Origin: Malacoraja senta
Taxonomy: Eukaryota
NCBI GenBank assembly: GCA_038087875.1
Contig: CM075990.1
Location: forward strand, 10,666,001 to 10,730,000
Direction of reading: 5' to 3'
Length of the DNA stretch: 64,000 bases
Shown: positions 55,492 through 64,000 of the stretch, one piece after another
Layout of the letters: every line of letters starts with the position of its first letter
Position numbering within the stretch: position 1 is the stretch's first letter
The notes under the pieces: model-generated
What the model was told of the DNA's origin: nothing
Database searches by the model: none
The model's input: the letters and a program-made list of their open reading frames with translations, nothing else
Translations under genes and position numbers: made by a program

Positions 55492-58207
55492 CTCCTATTT
55501 ATACATATATACAATGGCGGGAAAGTACAGAGAGAGGCAACCCCTTAGCCCAATCACAGATACCGGCGGGAAAGTACAGAGAGAGGCAATCCCTTTGCCC
55601 AATCACAGATACATAACAGTTGTCAGTACATTGAAACAAAACCGAAACTTCTTCAGGGGTCCAGACTTGGGGGTGGCAGGTGCGTCGCATGATATCCAGG
55701 AATTGGCTCTCCACTTTGTGATGTCACCACCAGTGAAGCCAAGTCTCAACAGATACCTTCCATTCCCAAAGCACCCCAATCCCTGCATATTCACAGGCTC
55801 TTTAAAGTATGTTAAATATTGTGGAAGGAGCATCATTGTTTAATAAGACCATGAGAATAATGTGCTTATTAATTGGCTACAGTGAGTTTCCAGTTTTACC
55901 CAAGTGGGCTTCAATGAATGGTTTTCCCTCACAGCTCCAATGATTCGGCTTTTCTATCTACCTCGGATGCTGATCTCTTGTAAACAGTTGGATTCCCAAC
56001 ATCCCCTATACATGTGCTAATTGTTTTTTTAATCTCAAGTGGTAAAAAGAAACAAGGGCGAGTTACTGGGCATATTAGAACAAGTTGTAAGATCACAAGG
56101 GAACCTAAATGGGGAATGTTCTTCTGGAAGTTGGTATGAACAGTGGGCTGAACAGCTGCCTTGTGTCAGTGGAACCCTGGCTGTGCGTGACCAACTTTTA
56201 ATTTCCTCTTATAATTAATGGGCAGAGTAAAGCACATGTTCTTTCTCTTTGTTCATAGTAGTTGTACACATGGACGATGACAAGTTTTAAATAAATGAGA
56301 TTAATCACCTTGTCATGCACATTTGTAAAGATATATCAAATACTGCAGATTTTTGAAGTATTCAACGAGTTAGGCAGCATAAGTAGATAAGAACAGATCA
56401 TAAGTCTGAAACTAAGCATTTTTCCTAATGCAGATGTTCAAGTAGGGAAAATTATGCCATGTTGCTGAAGGAATTAAGTGTAACCATAACATTTCATTAG
56501 GCTAGATGTTTAGACAAAATGTCTTGTATGCCTACCTTAATGGAAAATTTAGAAATATTCTGAAATGCCAGTGCATTGTTCAAGTAATTTATTAACTTGA
56601 ATTCCTTGGATCCTAATTATTGTATTTACAGCAAGTTGACAAAATCCGCATTAAATGTTCCCAAAGATTTATCACTGGATAGACACCACTAGTCTGTTTC
56701 TATTGTCTTTTAGCTGGAACGCGCCATTGTGACCTTCCAGGCCCAGACAATTTGTTTCAGAATAAGATTTTGCATAAATGTAATGTATAATTTAATTTGC
56801 TTTTTTAATATAAATTCAATAAAGAAAGCTACTTGCAGTAACTACTCACAGATCGCCTAGTTAAATCAATAAACCACAACTAAATTTCTTTACATTTTGA
56901 TATGCATTGCTGTAAAAAGTACATTTTAATTTTCTTTAAACCATTCTTTCTATATACATTACCTATGTCTACTATCCCTCCCCCATTCTCATCCAGAGAA
57001 TGTGGGACAGATCAATTAAGTTTTTACCATAACCACAGAAAGTTTTGTTGCCATTTTGCACACAATAAATTCAAATCATTGTGAAATGTACAAAATCTAG
57101 AACAAAGTAACAAAGTCTTTAAATATAGATTCTGTTGGTCTCAAATTACACAAGTTTTGGCCTTCATGCCTATTTATGTTTTTGGGTCATTTACAGCTAA
57201 TTCAGGCTATATGGGAAGCAAACAGGACAGGAATGTAAAGCAAGCTCAACATATCTGCCAGCATTATTTTTTTAATATTACAATTTCACATCTCTAAATA
57301 TAATGGTAAAAGTGAAAATCTTAACCACTGCAAATTAATTTATACTTAATGCTTTACACTAGGTTTCCATTTAATGTGCAGTATAGAAACTCCCTAGAAA
57401 CTGCATAAAATAGGAAATATAAACCAAAACAATTGAAAGAAAATTATTAATTGGGGTGAAAATCTAAAGTTGACAAACTTACATTTGACAACAAAAATGA
57501 GCCAAGTCCTGGGAAAGGAAATAAGCTACTATGAAATGGAACTTAACACGAGTTTTCAAAGGGTGGAATACTTTGACTATCACATTTGGGTTAGGTAAAA
57601 CATCCATCCTGCTGCATGATATTTTTAAAAATCATGTATTTTATTACTGTAACAGAGTTGTTTATCTCTTGTTCTTTTGTATTATGCAACCTGAGTATCG
57701 GGGTCCTGTTGTAGCCCTTTACGTTGTCACTTATCTTCTGAAAATTACTTTAAACAGATCAGTTAAATAAAGGGCTACTATACAGATAACTTAATGTTAG
57801 TTTACAGCCAAAAAACACATTTTCATGTTCATTATAATGTGGCAAACAGCATTTTAGAAACATTGATAACTTGAGCAGATAATGAATAAAACATTGCAAT
57901 GCACCACAGATGGCTTTTGCCTTCGGTCATACTCTACATTGAATGTTTGACAGTATTTGGCGCTCAATATGGCTAATGTTCCAAAAATAAATAATGCTAT
58001 CCGTGGAGTAATACACTCTTTGCCGTGATGGATGCATGATTTCTTCACACAAATTAAACCTTAGAGTCAGTTACTGGTTTGAAAAGGTGAGAAATTATTT
58101 TAAAAAAACAAAGCTTGACAAAAAGAAGTATATTGTCATAATACAAAACAGAATGTAGTAGCAGATTAATGTGCAATATAGCAAGGAATTTTTTTCTCTA
58201 GACACTA

Positions 58208-61199
58208 TGATTGAAGACGGGTAAGGAGATAGTTTCGTTACGCATCCACGCGCTCTCCACGAGACATTCTATGCCGTCGAAAGATAAATCTTCAAAACAC
58301 AGTCTCTTAATTAATAGTTTCTTTATTGTCGTAGTAAAAACAGAGATATTCATCCAAACTTCTTGTTTAAATAGATTTTGATCCTACTCGTAGACAAACT
58401 CCATGGATGGTCAAACTCGTGCATGGTCAAAAGCTGTGACCTCCCCCATGCTTCTTCCAGACTAAAACTAAAAATTACTAGCGCATCTGCGCAAGAATCC
58501 CAGCCACAAACATGCCTCCAACTACGTAATAAATCCCACCCACATAATTACAGGCAGATAAAATGTAAAGGTAACTGGTTATGGTTGATAACATACTGAG
58601 TTAAGCTAAATGGCTACTACATACCAGCCCCTAATTGTTCTGAGTATTTAACGAGGCAATTACTAATAGACATTAAAAAAAGTAGCTATAAAGGCTAAAT
58701 ATATATTATAAACAAAAAATAGCATGCATTATATATCCGCATTCAGACTACTTCGCCTTCTAGAAGCATAACTTGGTTATTGGTCTTAAGACATTGTTCT
58801 TAGTCTGAAGTTGTACCGTGCGCACCAAACCCTTAACATCAGGCATGATACCCAGTATATAGTCCCAAAACACAAAAGTCCAAAGTTTTGACAGCATGAA
58901 ACTTCCTCCATGTCCGATCAATTCATGAATATGTCGTAACAATAATGTTGATATGTGAAAGTCCTTCGTGAGAATAATAGGATTTTTAGCAATAACGTTC
59001 GCTGTGATGTTTTGTTTAATTTCCGGATCATTAGCAGAGATTTAAAATCTCAGCTCAAGTTTTGGCCATTCTCTGTCTGACTTACAGAGAAACTCTGGTC
59101 CATTGATCCATCTCTTATTGCTTAAGAAGCTGTCTGCTGTCAGTCCTCTAGAAGCTTCATCCGCAGGATTTACTTTTGTGTTAACATATTTCCATTGTGA
59201 AACATTAGTAGCTCCCAATACAAAAGAGATTTTGTTTGCTACAAATGTCAAGAAACGTTTGCTCTCATTGTTGTAGTATTTAAGCACCGTGGCACTATCA
59301 GTCCAGAAGATAGATTCTTCCAGCTGTATTTCTTTTTGCAACAATATGCCAACTTTAACAGCTAAGACTGCGGCAGTAAGTTCCATTCTGGGAATTGTCA
59401 TTTATTTCAATGGTGCCACTGGCCTTCCCCATTAAGAATGCAACATGTACTTCTTTGTTATCATTGTCCAGTCTTAACTATGAAACAGTACTGGAGCCAC
59501 TTTCACTGGCATCTGAGAAATTATGCAGCCGTGCACCTCTGATCTTACCAAAGCTTGTAGGCTTCATGCACTGGTCCACTTTGAATTCTGAGATCTTGTT
59601 GAGATCTGCTAACCATTCTGTCCATCAGTGAGAGGAAGTTTGTCTTATACTCTCATCCCATCCAAGTGTCAAGAGTGTTTTATTGTCATATGTCCCGGAC
59701 GGGACAATGAAATTCTTACTTGCTGCAGCACAACAGAATATGCGAATATGTAAACTTTGTATATAACCAGAAAAAAAAGAGAAAGTTCAATAAATAACAA
59801 ATATAGTGCAAATAACAAATAATATGGTATTTTGCAGTTCAGAGCTCATAGCTTATTCGTAGTGTTTAATAGTCTGATGGCTGTGGGGAAGCAGCTGTTT
59901 CTGAACCTGGACGTTACAGTCTTCAGGCTCCTGTACCTTCTTCCTGATGGCAGTGGTGAGATAAGTGTGTGGCCAGGATGGTGTGGGTCCTTGATGATTT
60001 TAGCTGCCTTTTTGAGGCAGCGACTACGATAAATCCCTTCGACGGTGGGGAGGTCAAAGCCGGCGATGGACTGGGCAGTGGTCACAACTTTTTGTAGTCT
60101 TTTTCGCTCCTGGACGTTCAAGTTGCTGAACCAGGCCACGATGCAACCAGTCAGAATGCTCTCTACTGTGCACCTGTAGAAGTTTAGGAGAATCCTCTTC
60201 GACATGCTGAATCTCTGTAATCTTCTCAGGAAGTAGTGTCGCTGATGTGCCTTCTTTACAATTGCATCGGTGTGCTGGGTCCAGGAAAGATCTTCTGATA
60301 TATGCACACCCCAGAATTTGAAGTTATTGACCCTCTCCACCATCATCCTGTTGATATAAACAGGATTGTGGGTCCTCATCCTTTCCCTACTAAAGTATTT
60401 TCCTTACAAATTCAAGTTTTTCCTTACAAAGATCTTGCAAAATCAACTTGGCAGGCAGTGTAAATGGTGCAAGAAATGCCAAAGGGTAGACGGAACAAAT
60501 CACAGATAGGATACCCCTTCTAGTACATGGTCGCTCTTGAATCGAGATTCTGAACTTGAACACATCTGTTTTAATACACCAATGCAGTCCCAACGCTCTC
60601 TCCATTGGCAAATTGTCTGTCCAAATCCAACTCCCTGGTCTCTTTGGCTCTATCATCTGGTGGAATGCTTTCCAATACAACACAACTGATGCTGATCCAC
60701 TTGGAAAGCGTGAATCCTCCCTTATTGCAGAGGGAAGTCAGATGTTTTACCATTTGAATTGCTTAATGCTCAGCAAACATGGATTTTAAGCAATCATCCA
60801 CATAGAAATTATTCTTCACAGTGGTTATCACTTCTGGAAAGTGAGCTTTATTGTCCTCTGCGGTCTTCTTTAATGTAAAGTTTGCTTAACTTGGTGATGA
60901 CACTGCTCCAAAGAGATGTACCTTCATCCGGTATTCAACAAGATCTTGTGCATCCCTTCAGGCCATCATAAGAATCGCAAGTAATCAATGTGTTTTTCTG
61001 ATACTTTGACTTGATGAAATTGCTTTAATATCAGCCATCAAAGCAATTGGTTCTTGTCTGAATTTAATAAGAACTCCAATGAGTGAGTTGGTAAGGTCTG
61101 GACCTAGCAGTAGTCGACAGTTAAGTGATGTTCCCTCAAGGTCCCTTTCTTCGAGTGATACACCCTGTGGTGCGGAATGTACCAAAGCTCTCCATCACT
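58208..61199 (-). mobile_element. Partial BEL/Pao element: 3' LTR (about 58208-58621) plus RT and RNase H relics
   Basis: [59 protein letters not shown] and NPADEASRG; similar to 3293-4720. Confidence 0.92.
59668..60390 (-). mobile_element. Rex/Babar-like LINE 3' fragment nested in the BEL element
   Basis: FKFWGVHISEDLSW..KKAHQRHYFLRRL..FYRCTVESILTGCIVAWF..HPGHTL..LPSGRRYRS..RFRNSCFP. Confidence 0.85.
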
Positions 61200-62293
61200 T
61201 CGGTTGAAAAGAAGATGCACGTACAGGGTTTACATCATGATGATCTCCTCAAAGCGGAAAACGCGATTATCTCTGTCAAAGACAGAAATACAAAGAAGAA
61301 ATATCGACGTTAAAAGCTGGAGTACATGGTGCCAAAAGAGACAGTCAATTGTACAAGCTTGATCCGGTATTGGAGGAAGGACTTCTGAGTGTGGGTGGTC
61401 ATCTAAATAGACTGACAATTCCTGAAGAGGCTAAACATCCTATTATTCTCTCAGAGGACTTTCACATATCAACAATATTGTTACGACATATCCATGAATT
61501 GATCCGACATGGAGGAAGAAATTATATGCTGTCCCAGCTTCTTAAAAAATATTGGATTATCAAGGCTAAATCCGCTGCAAGAAAGATAATTAAAAATTGT
61601 GTTGTGTGTAGGCGACAGCGTGGAAAAGTTGGAGGACAAAAGATGGCAGACTTACCTCTGGAGAGGATTCTACCTGATAAACCTCCATTGACAGATGTGG
61701 GGATGGATTATTTCGGTCCTATAGAGGTTAAGAGAGGCCGAAGCCTTGTAAAAAGGTACTGTGTAATCTTCACTTGCATGGCAAGTAGAGCAATACATCT
61801 TGAAGTTGCATCTACACTTGACTCCTCTATTCATGCATTACGGAGATTTATCTATCGGCGAGATCAAGTTTCATCGTTAAGATCAGATAATGGTTCAAAT
61901 TTTGTTGGAGCAGAAAGAGAATTAAAAGAAGCACTTAAAGGCTTAAATCAGGATAAGATCCAGAATGCTATGCTTCAACAAGGGATAAGATGGAACTTTA
62001 ATCCTCCAAAGGTTCTCATCACGGCGGGGAGCGGTTGATCCGCATGGTTCGAAATGTGCTACGCTGTCTTAAACAACAAGTTCTGGACGACGAAGGATTG
62101 CAAACTTTATTCTGCGAAGTTGAAGCGATTTTAAATGATCGACCTATTACTACGAGTTCTGATGATCCGAACGACCTGGAAGCACTTACACCAAATCATA
62201 TTCTTCTGTTGAAGGCCAATCCAACACTACCAACTGGACTCTTTGTGAAAGAAGATTTGCATATAAGAAACAGATGGAGACAAGTACAATATA
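61200..62293 (+). mobile_element. BEL/Pao integrase fragment in the opposite orientation
   Basis: HELIRHGG..CVVC zinc finger, GMDYFGP, RAIHLEVA, RSDNGSNFVGA, EVEAILNDRP and LTPNH. Confidence 0.93.
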
Positions 62294-63618
62294 TAGCGAT
62301 GTTACAAAACCTACCTTCAGCGGCGCTACAGTTCTGCCACTGGCTGTGTGTGCGCCTTTGAGGGGGGGGGGGGGGGATTAAAATGCAGGTTTGTATCGCT
62401 TGCCGGAGACGGATTTCCTCGGGCTGCTAGTCGATGAAAAATCGATCGGACTTCCGTTCCCGTTTTTTTTTGTAAAAAACCCGCTGGACAATTTAATTGT
62501 TGGATTAAAGTAAAAAGCGACTTCGAACGCCCTCAACGCTTACAACGTGACGGATCATAATATCAGGACAAAACAAAAGGTATATCGTATATTTCACATA
62601 TAATCTTCTTGGGGTGGCTTTAATCTAATTTTATGTCGTGAAAATGTTATTTGGGCCCCATATGAACTGGCAGTGTCTTTCCTGCCGATATGAGGTTAAA
62701 ATTCACGGCAACGGCAACGTTCCAATCGATCGCATTCCAGAAACACCCACTCGCAAGATGATTTAAATCCTCTTTTTTTTTGTGGACAATCATGTCATAA
62801 GAGCATCTAAATCGTCTATATTTTGTATTATTGTCTATCCATAGTCAATATTTTTATACTAAATATCCACAACAGTTTTAGCCACATGTATTGTGCAAAA
62901 AATAATAATTTTGATTATATTGAGAGTGGATGTTTCTAGATTAATTTATGGGAATTAAACATTAAATTCCTTCCATATGGCATATAAATTCATGACAGTG
63001 AGATTTAAAAATCATATTATAGTGAATCCTTGTGTAAATGGGATTAGTTAGTTATTTGGATACATAGACTATTAAAAAAATTATCCTTTTCTTAAGAAAT
63101 GGATAGATGTTTAGATCTAGTAATTGAATTTAGATGAATTTAATTGATTAGATGAATTTAATTAATTTGATGAAACTGATGAATATGATTTTTTTGTTGG
63201 GTATTTATTATTTGTTTTAGCATTTAACTTTATCATTTCTACCTTTTTTCTAAAACTGCAAATAATAACTTGTTTCTGTTAATGCTGTTCAGCGTTTTTT
63301 TTCCTTTACATTTTAAACAGATGTCTCCGAAGAAAAAATGCAGAATTGTCAATCCAAATGCCCAGCAAAAGAGACTGATTTAGACAGCATTCGCAGAGAT
63401 TATCTGAATTTGGACTACTCCAAATGTGATGATCTACAGGACATTCTTAATGGGAAAGTAGTGGGCAGAAAGGCATGTAATGCGTGGTTTGAAGAGCAAA
63501 AACTTGTAGTTTACAATGCCAAAATTGAAAAGTTGAGGAAAAACAAGGTGTACAGAGTTGCTTATTGGTTACAATCTGAGGAGTATGATGATGCTACTGA
63601 TTATGATATGCCAATGTA
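62294..63618 (+). mobile_element. Second copy of the TAGCGATG-terminated DNA element, with a coding exon relic at 63321-63619
   Basis: Starts tagcgatgttacaaaa, truncates the BEL integrase and is homologous to 27370-28184. Confidence 0.82.
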
Positions 63619-63699
63619 ATAATAATAATAATAATAGATTTTATTTTAAGGGCGCCTATACAGAAGTCTCTAGGACACCTTACAATTTAACAAAGAAAC

Positions 63700-64000
63700 C
63701 CAGTAGATGTATTGGACGAGGCAATGCAGATAAAAGCGGAATCAGCAAACTTAATATCATATTTGTATAATATTATTTTAAATGTACAAATACCACCTAC
63801 GGAGGGTATCAGAAGAGACTGGGAACAAGAGTTAGCTATTAAAATTTCAAAGGAAAGTTGGAATGAATACTTATTAAACGTGCATAAATGCTCGATTAAT
63901 GTAAGACACACTTTAATACAATTTAAAATTTTACATAGATTATATTATTCGAAAACTAAAATTCATAAAATTTTCCCAAACGTATCATCTATTTGTGATA
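63700..64000 (+). mobile_element. L1-like LINE ORF2 C-terminal fragment
   Basis: DWEQELAIKISKESWNEYLLNVHKCSINVRHTLIQFKILHRLYYSKTKIHKIFPNVSSICD (zf-RVT-like). Confidence 0.8.

Larger units (their letters stand above)
52635..55933 (-). mobile_element. Class I (gamma/epsilon-like) endogenous retrovirus lacking pol and env; 5' LTR 55051-55933, partial 3' LTR 52635 to about 52870
   Basis: TG...CA LTR with CCAAT, TATA and AATAAA on the minus strand; tRNA-Pro PBS; gag relic from ATG 54130 (MGNY.., WPQGG, YFPWKPNEM, capsid MHR-like segment); flanks gctt / gctc. Confidence 0.88.

Noticed and set aside
55934..58200. Exons of a downstream neighbour such as AIFM2
   Set aside because: AT-rich unique sequence with no recognisable coding similarity; it may be UTR but this cannot be supported.

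Overview
Repeat-rich vertebrate genomic DNA. The repeat repertoire suggests a cartilaginous fish such as a skate or ray (inference). The only host protein-coding gene recognised is macroH2A2 (MACROH2A2/H2AFY2) on the + strand, ATG at 32952 and stop ending at 52023. Seven of the eight expected coding exons are visible (172, 107, 111, 100, 90, 175 and 166 nt); the missing one probably lies in the 200-N gap at 37285-37484, and intron 7 has a GC donor. Upstream, a CpG-rich region with apparent + and - strand non-coding first exons is present in two diverged copies (15911-19817 and 21928-29709). The rest is nested mobile DNA: a degenerate Helitron with head-to-tail arrays, BEL/Pao LTR elements, a deleted class I ERV with a tRNA-Pro PBS, two Tc1 elements, Harbinger-like MITEs, hAT-like elements with 5-bp TSDs, an unclassified TAGCGATG-terminated DNA element with spliced gene relics, Tx1/L1, CR1, Rex/Babar and Penelope fragments. 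The most unusual observations are CCA-ending tRNA sequences with repeated T-arms inside two unrelated LTR elements, minimal hammerhead ribozyme cores, the duplicated bidirectional promoter and an intermediate-looking macroH2A2 macrodomain. No complete new biological system can be demonstrated from the sequence alone. All alignments were done by eye and reference sequences were recalled from memory.
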